Positions 36,425 through 45,351 of a stretch of DNA of 64,000 bases are shown here, piece by piece; the stretch's first letter is position 1; every line of letters begins with the position of its first letter. The DNA comes from Sphingomonadales bacterium. Its GTDB lineage: Bacteria; Pseudomonadota; Alphaproteobacteria; Sphingomonadales; G965227345. The notes beneath the pieces were generated by a model, which saw nothing but the letters and a program-made list of their open reading frames with translations, ran no database searches and had not been told where the DNA came from. The translations under genes and the position numbers were made by a program. The stretch is taken from positions 1,141,351-1,205,350 of the forward strand of contig OZ245755.1 of the NCBI GenBank assembly GCA_965227345.1, given 5' to 3'.

Positions 36425-38176
36425 TTGGGCGCATTTGCCATTATTCGCTATCCAAAAGGGGTGCGCCGCAATCTTGCCGAACAAAAAGTCAGGGCGTCAT
36501 TTGCCCGGCAGGGATTTCCCGCGCTGCGGTCCATTACCCGTGAACATCTGCTGATCTTGCATTGCCCCAAGATATTGGGCGGGGCAACTCAGGTTATTCA
36601 CAGGGAAGACGGCAGCTTTGCGCTTTATACAGGCACATTGTTTTACAAAAACCTGACAGGCCGCAAGGCGCTTGAGGCGTTGCTCCTGCTGGACCCGCCC
36701 AAATATCCCCCGCCGGGCGATCTGAGCGGATGCTTTGCCCTGATCATAAGCACGCCCGCCTACGGGTTGCGGCTGATGCGCGACCCGATGGACATCTACA
36801 AGATTTACAAGGATCAGCAGGGCCGGGTCTGGAGCAGCTCTTTCCTCGCCCTTCTGGAAAGTATCAGCAACCCCTCTGTCAACCATCAGTCCGCCTGTGA
36901 ATATGTGTTCACCGGTGCGGTCTTTGGCACAGATACGCTGATCGAACAGATATCAACGACAGAGGCTCTGACCCTGTATCAAATTGGCACCAATGTCACC
37001 CCCTGCACCCGTCACAAGCTGATGATATTTCCACCGCCGCCACGCCCGCTGCAGGATGTCGTCTCTGAGAACCTGAGATTATTACGCCGCCGGATCAGCA
37101 TGATCAGGGACACCTGTCAGAACGACATCGATATCGAGCTCATGCCGGGGCCGGATACGCGACTGCTGCTCGCGCTGATGCTGGAGGACGACGCCATACC
37201 GCGCCTGCATTACAAGTCGCCTTTCGAGCCAACCCATCCGACACACCAGTTGAATACCCTTCTTCATGCGGCGGGCGATCGCGCCTGTGCCATCAGCGAC
37301 GACGATATCATAACAGGTCCCGGCAGCCCCACGGGTGAAGACCTGGCTTTGGATCTGGAAAAGACATTCCAGCGCCACGACGGCTGCCCCACAAGTGGTA
37401 TCATGGAGTTGGCAACGGGCACCCGTGAACCTGACCTGCGGTTTAAAAACAATTTTCTAAGCCTGACAGCCGATGGCGGGGGTATCTACCGGAAAATGAT
37501 GGACCTGTCCTCCGGCCCGGCGAAGCTGAAAAATGTGCTGGCCCATTTTCAGCGCAATGTCGACCCCGCCGCCTGTACCCACCGGTTCTCGGAACAGAAA
37601 TACATTCAAAATCTGGAACAGAAGGTTGCCAGAATTTTCCCCCGGGCAAGCCACCTGCACCCGGCCCAGACGGAATATCTTTATGCCGGCTTTCACGGAC
37701 GGCACTGGATTGGCCATAATGTCAGTCTGGACCAGCGTTTCGGCAATGCCTTGCCGCTGTATCTGGATGAAACACTTGTCCGGTCCGCGCTGAAAATCCC
37801 GATTGAGATGAAGAAAGACGGGCGGATTCAGCTTGAAATGATCCGGGCCGTGGAACGCGAATTTCCCGAGATAGAGCTGCCAGCACACCATATACCTCCG
37901 GCCCCGGACCGCTCGTTCAGCCAGCGCCTGAAGGCCTGGCTATCGCGCGCAACACCGCTGGTGGCCCGGCGATTATCCGCCCGGGTTCACAATCGGCTGT
38001 CGCCACCGGATCTTCCGGCTCACCTTTCTGCCGACAACTGGAACAGGGCCCTGCCCGAAGGCACGCCCCATATTGATCATTTGTTTCACAAGGATAAATT
38101 GTGTGATCCGGCGCAACTTGATCGGGCCCTGACCCTTGAATATCTTTGCCAGTCCCGGCGTGATATCCGGTTTTAA
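36425..38176 (+). CDS. asparagine-synthetase-family protein lacking the N-terminal catalytic Cys (paralog B, more degenerate PP-loop)
   Basis: TTG start with GGAGG 5 nt upstream. GAFAIIR, GCFALII, DPMDIYKIYK, VWSSSFLA, PP-loop position LMPGPDTR, and LYLDETLVRSALKIP. 39 of the first 86 aligned residues are identical to paralog A by hand alignment. Confidence 0.7.
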   Translation: MGAFAIIRYPKGVRRNLAEQKVRASFARQGFPALRSITREHLLILHCPKILGGATQVIHREDGSFALYTGTLFYKNLTGRKALEALLLLDPPKYPPPGDLSGCFALIISTPAYGLRLMRDPMDIYKIYKDQQGRVWSSSFLALLESISNPSVNHQSACEYVFTGAVFGTDTLIEQISTTEALTLYQIGTNVTPCTRHKLMIFPPPPRPLQDVVSENLRLLRRRISMIRDTCQNDIDIELMPGPDTRLLLALMLEDDAIPRLHYKSPFEPTHPTHQLNTLLHAAGDRACAISDDDIITGPGSPTGEDLALDLEKTFQRHDGCPTSGIMELATGTREPDLRFKNNFLSLTADGGGIYRKMMDLSSGPAKLKNVLAHFQRNVDPAACTHRFSEQKYIQNLEQKVARIFPRASHLHPAQTEYLYAGFHGRHWIGHNVSLDQRFGNALPLYLDETLVRSALKIPIEMKKDGRIQLEMIRAVEREFPEIELPAHHIPPAPDRSFSQRLKAWLSRATPLVARRLSARVHNRLSPPDLPAHLSADNWNRALPEGTPHIDHLFHKDKLCDPAQLDRALTLEYLCQSRRDIRF

Positions 38177-38315
38177 TGAAAGCGGGCAGACATCGCCCCC
38201 GGCATATCAATGACCCGGATCATCACTTTGTTCCCAACTGCTGCCTGATGGGGATAGCCAACACCGGTACGATCTGCTAATCAGACATCACCTGCACATA
38301 CATGCCTGCAGAAAT

Positions 38316-38392
38316 GCGCCCGTAGCTCAGCAGGATAGAGCACCAGATTCCTAATCTGGGGGTCACAGGTTCGAATCCTGTCGGGCGCACCA
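38316..38392 (+). tRNA. tRNA-Arg (anticodon CCT), CCA encoded
   Basis: Cloverleaf read by hand: GCGCCCG/TA/GCTC-AGCAGGATA-GAGC/A/CCAGA-TTCCTAA-TCTGG/GGGTC/ACAGG-TTCGAAT-CCTGT/CGGGCGC/A/CCA. Confidence 0.9.
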
Positions 38393-38753
38393 ATAATATC
38401 AATAGGTTATACAGAACTCTCTGTCCGCCGAAGCCTCCGAATTAACATACAGGGTAACACTGGGGTAACAAAGAGCAATCAAAGTTCCCGTTACAAGGGT
38501 AACGGCGCTCTGTCCACCGTGCATATTAAACAGAACGGCTATTCCTGTCGAAATACCAATGACGATCCAGCTACGAACAAGCGCTCAAACATTTGATACG
38601 TAGACTAAAATAGGGAAACTTGGCTTGAGGCCCTGCCTGCGAGGATGGAGAGGTCAGCGCCTTTTCCGCTAGACAAACATAAATTTAGTTCGTAGTGCTA
38701 AAATATGGGATCAGGGAAACTGGCCCTATTTATTCAGTATTTTGGTAAATGTC

Positions 38754-39827
38754 ATGAGTCACAAAGGCCCCATAAGTACAGAAAGCTCGCCAAGTCTAAA
38801 ACCTGCTCTTGGTATTACTGGTGATTTAAGGTGGGTTGAGCAAACTTTTCCTTCTGCGCCCCACCTAACGGCAGCCGATTCAGAAAAATTACGCACCGGA
38901 CATCCCTATGGGCCTGCCTTCCATTCCCGCCAAGAGGTCGTCCAGGGACACGGAACAGGATATCGTGACTACGCGAGCTTTTCAAATGACCTCAGGGTTC
39001 TTTTTTGCGACTTTGAATACGATCAGGAAGCTCGGGGAAAGGTTGACGGCCTGGACATGCTGAAATTCCATTTCAAGATTTCAGGCAAAAATCTCATCCG
39101 CTTTGAAGGGCAGCAAGAATTTGTCCTGTCGTCCGGGAAAAGCGTCGTAGCACTACACCCCCAAGGCATGGTCAAAGATGACTGGTATGCAGCAAAAGCG
39201 CACGAAACATCACTGACGCTTTGCTGTAGCCCTGCCCAAATGATCCGCTCGCTTCACCTTGAGCCAACAGATTTGCCTTCAGTACTGGCGCGTTATATAG
39301 AAGACGGAATCCCCGATTTCTTTTGTCAAACACTACCACTGACGACAAGGATGACGAGGGTCATTGAGGAGATGCTCAACCCGCCATATGGACGTCATTT
39401 GCGTCACATTCACTCTGAGGCGCGTTCACTAGACCTCGTTTGCATGATGCTCGACTTGTTGAATAATGACAATGTGCCGCGCAGTCCTTTGTTCAGGCTT
39501 CGAAATAGTGACATCGAAGCTTTGCATGCAGTGAAGGAATATTTACGTAATGAGTATGCTGATCCGCCCAGAATTCCTTTACTAGGACGTCAATTTGGTC
39601 TTAATAGAACAAAATTGACTGAAGGCTTTAAGAATCTCTTTGGCGAAACTGTTTTTGAATATATCCAGCGCCTGCGCATGGAGCGTGCTCGTATTCTTCT
39701 GACAGAGTCGGATTGGTCCATTTCCAGAATTGCAGAGACTGTAGGCTACGAACGGCAAAGCAGTTTTTCATCTGCTTTTCGAACCAAATATGGTCGCACG
39801 CCGATGGACATTCGCCGGAAGACCTAA
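38754..39827 (+). CDS. AraC-family transcriptional regulator (cassette 1)
   Basis: C-terminal double HTH (LGRQFGLNRTKLTEGFKNLFGETVFEYIQRLRMERARILL...ISRIAETVGYERQSSFSSAFRTKYGRTP). ATG 38754 preferred over TTG 38742. Confidence 0.85.
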   Translation: MSHKGPISTESSPSLKPALGITGDLRWVEQTFPSAPHLTAADSEKLRTGHPYGPAFHSRQEVVQGHGTGYRDYASFSNDLRVLFCDFEYDQEARGKVDGLDMLKFHFKISGKNLIRFEGQQEFVLSSGKSVVALHPQGMVKDDWYAAKAHETSLTLCCSPAQMIRSLHLEPTDLPSVLARYIEDGIPDFFCQTLPLTTRMTRVIEEMLNPPYGRHLRHIHSEARSLDLVCMMLDLLNNDNVPRSPLFRLRNSDIEALHAVKEYLRNEYADPPRIPLLGRQFGLNRTKLTEGFKNLFGETVFEYIQRLRMERARILLTESDWSISRIAETVGYERQSSFSSAFRTKYGRTPMDIRRKT

Positions 39828-39954
39828 CCTCAGCGCCTGTTGGTATTACAATTCTGTTAAATTCGAAAAAAATCCTGTTAGTCGCAAAAGTCCCCTTCCC
39901 CATTGTTTGCTATGGTCCTGCCATTGACAAAAATATCAACTGGAGGGAATTTAA

Positions 39955-42126
39955 ATGCGCTGTAACGGAAAATCCAAAGCAATAAAGGCTCATCTTCTTT
40001 CTGCAACAATACTTGGTTTGGGCTTTACGACGTCCCTGCCCAACGCCACATGGGCCGCATCAGATTTTGTAGCCGAAGAAATTACGATAACAGCACGCCT
40101 CAGGGAAGAATCTCTTCAAGATGTCCCTGTTGCCGTCTCGGCTTTTTCAGGCCTCCAACTCGAAAAACAAAATATAGGGGACGCACGAGATCTCATCGGA
40201 CGGGTTCCGGGCCTCTTTTTCAGTCAGAACCAATCATTTGGTCCTTCCAAGACCGAAACTTACATTGTTATGCGAGGTGTCGGAGCCACGTCAGCGATTG
40301 AACCGGCAGTTGCTGTGTTTCTGGATGGCGTCTACATGCCGAAAATGATGTTTGATCTGGATTTTCTGGACCTTCAGCGGATGGAGGTCCTTCGCGGGCC
40401 TCAAGGCGCATTATTCGGCCGGAACACACAAGGAGGCGCACTCAACCTTGTCACACGCAAGCCAGACGACGAGCTGCTGGCCAGAACGGCAATAGAAGTT
40501 GATGATTTTAATACGCTGAAAATAAAGGGCTCGGTTTCTGGTCCCCTCAAGGAAGGCAAACTTTTTGTCGGCATGTCAGGCCAGTTCGAACGAACAGACG
40601 GTTATATTGATAATGCCACCCTTGGGATCAATCAGGATGATGCCGAGAGAGCCGCATTTCGCACGACCTTGAGGGCCTTGCCCAGCGATGCACTGGAAGT
40701 CATTCTGGTCGGTGGCTTTGGCAAAACCTGGGGAGGACAGCTGGGGGCTGGTGTACCAGAAGGCTCAAATGACTATGTTGTTTTTGACAATGATGTACGG
40801 GATATAAAAGATGACATTTACAATGCATCCCTGACCGTTAACTGGGATCTTGAGTTTGCCACACTGACCTCTATTACAGGCGGCGTTAAAACAAACATCG
40901 AAGCCTACTGGGATTGGGATGGCGGCGCTGACGCGAGCGGCAATTTTCAGCTTCAGAAAATCAAACAATCCCAGGTTTCGGAAGAATTGCGGCTAGCCTC
41001 AAACCCTGTTAACGAAAAATTTGACTGGTTAGCCGGGGCATATATTTTCAGATCTGTATATGACCAAGACAGGGATTTTGGCCTCGTTGACGGTACCGGC
41101 TCAACCTTCCCACCCTTATTTAATGCGAACAATGTTGTGGATGAACAGGCCCGCTTCGTCAATAAAGGGATCGCGCTTTTCGGTCAGGCAACCTACCGCC
41201 CCATGCAGCAGCTCGACCTTACCGTGGGGGCACGATATTCCCGCGAGAAAGTCAACTCGCGCCAATATGGTGAAGTAACGGTAATTGGGCTTGGTTCGAG
41301 CGAGGTTTTTGATGTGAGAGCAGATGATACTTACTCTCGTCTGTCACCCATGGCGTCTGTCGCTTACCGATGGTCTGATGACTTCATGACATATGCCACC
41401 GTCGCAGAAGGCTTCAAATCCGGAGGGTTCCAGAAATACCCTGCTAGCGAACTGGCCGCAGGCATACCTTTTGACAATGAAATTTCGCTTAATTACGAGC
41501 TCGGATTCAAGAGCAACTTCCTGGAAAACCGTGTCACCCTCAATGCCGCCGCATACATTATCAAGGTCAAAAAACAGCAGCTTGGCACGATTCGTGAAAT
41601 CAATAACATTCCGGTAGAATCGATCGCGAACGTTGGCAAGTCCACGAACAAGGGTTTTGAAGTCGAAGCTGTGGTGCGGCCTGCAACCGGCCTGACCATG
41701 AGTGGAGCGCTATCCTATGTCGATGCTCAATTTGATGAATTTCTGAATGAAAGTACGGGACGCGACCGGGCAGGAGAACGCATTCCCTATGTTCCTAAAT
41801 GGACTGGGTCTGCCCTGATCGAATACCGTCATGCAGTCGGTGAAAGTGCCAATCTGACGTGGGGAATTGAATACCGGTACGTCGGCGCCCACCTGGCAGG
41901 AAATGGAACTGCACCTTTTGATCCCTTCTTCGATATAAAGTCTTATGATGTTTTTGACGCCAATGTTCGACTGGAAATGGAAAAGTGGGAATTTGTGCTA
42001 TTTGCCGACAATCTCTTCGACGAATTTAACGTGATGAAAAAATGGGAAGCACCTTTTCAGGCCCAGGTCTTCGATACCCCAACAGCACCAAGGCGCGTTG
42101 GGTTAAGGGTTATCTATAACTGGTAG
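39955..42126 (+). CDS. TonB-dependent receptor (cassette 1)
   Basis: Signal peptide; plug domain EEITITARLREESLQDVPVAVSAF...RVPGL...MRGV; 22-strand-sized barrel; C-terminus RVGLRVIYNW. Confidence 0.9.
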   Translation: MRCNGKSKAIKAHLLSATILGLGFTTSLPNATWAASDFVAEEITITARLREESLQDVPVAVSAFSGLQLEKQNIGDARDLIGRVPGLFFSQNQSFGPSKTETYIVMRGVGATSAIEPAVAVFLDGVYMPKMMFDLDFLDLQRMEVLRGPQGALFGRNTQGGALNLVTRKPDDELLARTAIEVDDFNTLKIKGSVSGPLKEGKLFVGMSGQFERTDGYIDNATLGINQDDAERAAFRTTLRALPSDALEVILVGGFGKTWGGQLGAGVPEGSNDYVVFDNDVRDIKDDIYNASLTVNWDLEFATLTSITGGVKTNIEAYWDWDGGADASGNFQLQKIKQSQVSEELRLASNPVNEKFDWLAGAYIFRSVYDQDRDFGLVDGTGSTFPPLFNANNVVDEQARFVNKGIALFGQATYRPMQQLDLTVGARYSREKVNSRQYGEVTVIGLGSSEVFDVRADDTYSRLSPMASVAYRWSDDFMTYATVAEGFKSGGFQKYPASELAAGIPFDNEISLNYELGFKSNFLENRVTLNAAAYIIKVKKQQLGTIREINNIPVESIANVGKSTNKGFEVEAVVRPATGLTMSGALSYVDAQFDEFLNESTGRDRAGERIPYVPKWTGSALIEYRHAVGESANLTWGIEYRYVGAHLAGNGTAPFDPFFDIKSYDVFDANVRLEMEKWEFVLFADNLFDEFNVMKKWEAPFQAQVFDTPTAPRRVGLRVIYNW

Positions 42127-42133
42127 TTTCGAT

Positions 42134-42168
42134 CGCCATGATGCGGCACAGCTTTCCGCATCATGGCG
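42134..42168 (+). terminator. perfect 13-bp stem-loop between the receptor and GMC genes (attenuator, terminator or RNA-stability element)
   Basis: CGCCATGATGCGG(42134-46), loop CACAGCTTT, CCGCATCATGGCG(42156-68). No U-run follows. Confidence 0.3.
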
Positions 42169-42216
42169 GACTTCTCTGATCCATATCATTATAGCGAAAA
42201 GTGAAAGAAAAACATT

Positions 42217-43806
42217 ATGTGGGATTACATTATAGTAGGTGCCGGTTCAGCAGGCTGCGTACTCGCATACCGACTGACTGAAAACCCTCACAATAAAGTG
42301 CTCTTGCTTGAAGCAGGTGGATCTGACGCCTCCCCTCTTGTTCGAATTCCGGCCGGTGAACCCTTGGCTATCAACAATCCAAAATTCGACTGGCGCTTTA
42401 TGAGTGAACCGGACCCGACCCTACACAACAGGGTAGACCTGTGGCCTCGAGGGAAAGTTATCGGTGGATCAAGTTCAATCAATGGCATGATTTATATCCG
42501 TGGTCAGAGCCAAGACTATGACCACTGGGCTCAACTGGGTAATCGCGGCTGGTCTTATGAAGATGTCTTGCCTTACTTTCGCCGCAGCGAGACCAACGAC
42601 CGCGGAGAAGACAAATATCGCGGTAACAATGGACCGCTTAAAGTGAGTTCAACTCACTCACTCCACAAGTTAGCCAACACCTTTATCGAAGGTGGGCAAG
42701 AAGTCGGCATCCCGTATAACCCGGATGTAAATGGCGAAACGCAAGAAGGCATAGGCCCCCTTCAAGGCACCATCCATCGCGGTCGCAGGAACAACACCGG
42801 CCAGGCATATCTAAAGGCAGCAAGAAAACGACCAAACCTGACCGTTGTGACACAAGCTCACACCACTAAAATCCTGCTGGAAGCTAAGAAAGCCGTTGGC
42901 GTGATATATTTGCGCAAGGGTAAAGAAATAGAGGCCCGGGCAGGACACGAGGTTATCCTCGCGGCCGGGGCCTTAATGTCACCGGTCCTTCTTATGCAGT
43001 CGGGGATTGGCCCAGCAGAGCATCTAAAAACACACGGTATAGATGTTATTGCAGATATGCCCGGCGTCGGGAGAAACCTTCAGGAACACCCCGTGGTGTG
43101 GGTTTCCGGATATGTAAATATCAGCACATACAACACTGAATTAACCCCGTTAAAATGGCCGCTCCATGGCCTGAACTGGCTATTATTCGGTCGAGGGCCT
43201 GCAAGTACCCAGATTGCCCATGCAGTAGCGTTTATCAAAACCCGCCCGGAAGTTGCAAGTGCCGATGTTCAAATACACTTTGTCCCAACCGGTTATAAGC
43301 TGGAACCGGAGGGGCTGAAACTTCTTGACCGCCCGGCAGTCGTACACGCCGTTAATATTTCCCGTCCGCAAAGTCGAAGCACACTATTGCTACGATCAGC
43401 CGATCCGTTGGCGGCACCAATAATCAAATCACGGCTGCTGGACACGCCTGAAGACATGGCCGGCATGATTGCCGGATGTCGTGTCGCCCGCAGTATCTTC
43501 GATACAGACGCCTATGCTCCATATTATGAAGGACCCTGTGCTCCTGAAAAACATGTCCACTCTGACGAGGAGTATGAAGATTATATTCGGGCCTCCGCAG
43601 GCCCTGCCTATCACCCGGTAGGGACATGCAAAATGGGGCAAGATCCTATGGCGGTTGTCGATGATCGCCTGCGTGTTCATGGCATTAGCAATCTTCGTGT
43701 CGTTGACGCGTCAATTATGCCCACGCTTGTTAGCGGGAATACCAACGCACCGGCAATCATGATCGGTGAGAAGGGTTCGGATATGATTCTTCAGGATCAG
43801 AAATAG
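42217..43806 (+). CDS. GMC-family FAD oxidoreductase (choline/alcohol dehydrogenase-like; cassette 1)
   Basis: DYIIVGAGSAGCVLAYRL...LLLEAGG, the GMC signature GGSSSINGMIYIRG, and C-terminal HPVGTCKMG...VVDASIMP. Confidence 0.9.
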   Translation: MWDYIIVGAGSAGCVLAYRLTENPHNKVLLLEAGGSDASPLVRIPAGEPLAINNPKFDWRFMSEPDPTLHNRVDLWPRGKVIGGSSSINGMIYIRGQSQDYDHWAQLGNRGWSYEDVLPYFRRSETNDRGEDKYRGNNGPLKVSSTHSLHKLANTFIEGGQEVGIPYNPDVNGETQEGIGPLQGTIHRGRRNNTGQAYLKAARKRPNLTVVTQAHTTKILLEAKKAVGVIYLRKGKEIEARAGHEVILAAGALMSPVLLMQSGIGPAEHLKTHGIDVIADMPGVGRNLQEHPVVWVSGYVNISTYNTELTPLKWPLHGLNWLLFGRGPASTQIAHAVAFIKTRPEVASADVQIHFVPTGYKLEPEGLKLLDRPAVVHAVNISRPQSRSTLLLRSADPLAAPIIKSRLLDTPEDMAGMIAGCRVARSIFDTDAYAPYYEGPCAPEKHVHSDEEYEDYIRASAGPAYHPVGTCKMGQDPMAVVDDRLRVHGISNLRVVDASIMPTLVSGNTNAPAIMIGEKGSDMILQDQK

Positions 43807-43838
43807 ACATTAATCCAAAAACATAAGGAAATGTTGAG

Positions 43839-45341
43839 ATGAAATCTCGCAGCCATTGGCTGAAGCGTGCCGAAACACTCGCGCTTCCTGTTCAACCTTT
43901 TATTGACGGCGCTTTTTGCCCGTCCCATGCAACAAATATGTTTGCCAAGTATAATCCGGCAGATGGGAAAAAACTCGCCGATATATCTGAGGGACACAAA
44001 AACGATGTGGACAATGCAGTTGCTGCAGCCCGCACAGCCTTCAATGACGGGCGGTGGGCAGGCCTGCCCGTTCAGAAAAGAAAAACAATATTGTTGGCCC
44101 TGGCCGACCTGGTTGATAAAAACATGGAAGAACTGGCATTGTTCGATGTTCTTGACGTTGGGAAGCCTATTAAAGACGCACTCAATATAGATGTCCCACT
44201 TGCTTCGACAATTATTCGATATTGCGCTGAAAGTGCCGAAAAAATATTCGGAACGCTGTCAACACCGGACAATAACACGCTGGCATTCAGCATGCGTGCC
44301 CCTCGCGGCGTGGTCGGTGCTATAGTTGGCTGGAACTTCCCCCTTGTTCTGGCGGTGCAGAAAATTGCCCCTGCCCTTGCTACTGGAAATTCCATCGTCC
44401 TCAAACCGTCAGAACTTTCTTCATTTTCCGCTCTGCGTCTTGCCCAGCTTGCTACAGAAGCAGGCGTCCCCGAAGGTGTTATCAATGTAATACCGGGCCT
44501 GGGCGCGACTGTTGGGGATGCTCTTGCTCGCCACATGGATGTGGATATGCTTACTTTCACAGGGTCGAGTGCCACAGGTAAACGTCTTCTGCAATCTGCA
44601 GGCACCTCAAACATGAAGCGCTTACTTCTCGAATGCGGCGGAAAGTCGCCTAATATTGTGTTCGCTGATTGCCCGGACCTTGACGCCGTAGCCGATGGCG
44701 TTATTGCTAAAATGTTCTGGAATCAGGGGCAGGTCTGCACAGCAGGAACACGCTTGATTGTCGAGAATACAATAAAACAGGACCTTCTGGCAAAAATCAT
44801 TAAAAAAGCGGGCAAAATTATTGCTGGAGACCCTCTTGATCCGGATACTGGCTTTGGCGCGCTCATTAGCGAAGGACAGATGAACAAAGTCCTGAATTAT
44901 ATAAAGCAAGGTCAGGATCAGGGAGCGTCCCTGCTTCTCGGCGGCAATCGTGTTAACAGGGAAAGCGGGGGCTATTTTGTAGAACCCACTATTTTTGATG
45001 ACGTTCGTCCTGAAATGATCATTGCACAGGAAGAAATTTTCGGCCCGGTTCTTTCCGTCATGCAATTCGATTCCCTTGATGAAGCAGCAAACTTGGCAAA
45101 CTCATCTATTTACGGCCTCTCGGGGTCTGTTTGGACGACCAGTCTGGCCAAGGCCCAACGTATGATACAAAAGCTGCAAGTAGGCGAAATAACTGTAAAT
45201 GCTACTGCCCGGCCTTCGGGAGGCATGCCATTTGCGGCAACCCCTTTGGAAGCACACAAGCAATCCGGAATGGGCGTAGAAAGCGGCATTGAAGGGCTGC
45301 AATCATATACTTGTATGAAATTTGTACAGTTTCATGTTTAA
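43839..45341 (+). CDS. NAD(P)-dependent aldehyde dehydrogenase (PuuC/BetB-like; cassette 1)
   Basis: GWNFPL, VLKPSE, LECGGKSP, GQVCTAGTR (catalytic Cys) and EEIFGPV. Confidence 0.9.
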   Translation: MKSRSHWLKRAETLALPVQPFIDGAFCPSHATNMFAKYNPADGKKLADISEGHKNDVDNAVAAARTAFNDGRWAGLPVQKRKTILLALADLVDKNMEELALFDVLDVGKPIKDALNIDVPLASTIIRYCAESAEKIFGTLSTPDNNTLAFSMRAPRGVVGAIVGWNFPLVLAVQKIAPALATGNSIVLKPSELSSFSALRLAQLATEAGVPEGVINVIPGLGATVGDALARHMDVDMLTFTGSSATGKRLLQSAGTSNMKRLLLECGGKSPNIVFADCPDLDAVADGVIAKMFWNQGQVCTAGTRLIVENTIKQDLLAKIIKKAGKIIAGDPLDPDTGFGALISEGQMNKVLNYIKQGQDQGASLLLGGNRVNRESGGYFVEPTIFDDVRPEMIIAQEEIFGPVLSVMQFDSLDEAANLANSSIYGLSGSVWTTSLAKAQRMIQKLQVGEITVNATARPSGGMPFAATPLEAHKQSGMGVESGIEGLQSYTCMKFVQFHV

Positions 45342-45351
45342 GGTAAATTCC

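Noticed and set aside
30447-38176. Reading the two AsnB-like genes as a lasso-peptide, beta-lactam or carbapenem-type biosynthetic cluster.
   Set aside because: There is no precursor-peptide ORF, no transglutaminase-like leader protease, no ABC exporter and no clavaminate or CarB/CarC-type partner in the neighbourhood. The only consistent context is the biotin genes.
38393-38741. A possible integrase remnant or att site in the 349-nt gap after tRNA-Arg, including three GGGTAAC words at ~38450-38505.
   Set aside because: Translating all frames by eye gave no integrase-like sequence. The short words are too small to be significant, and no copy of the tRNA 3' end was found elsewhere in the window.
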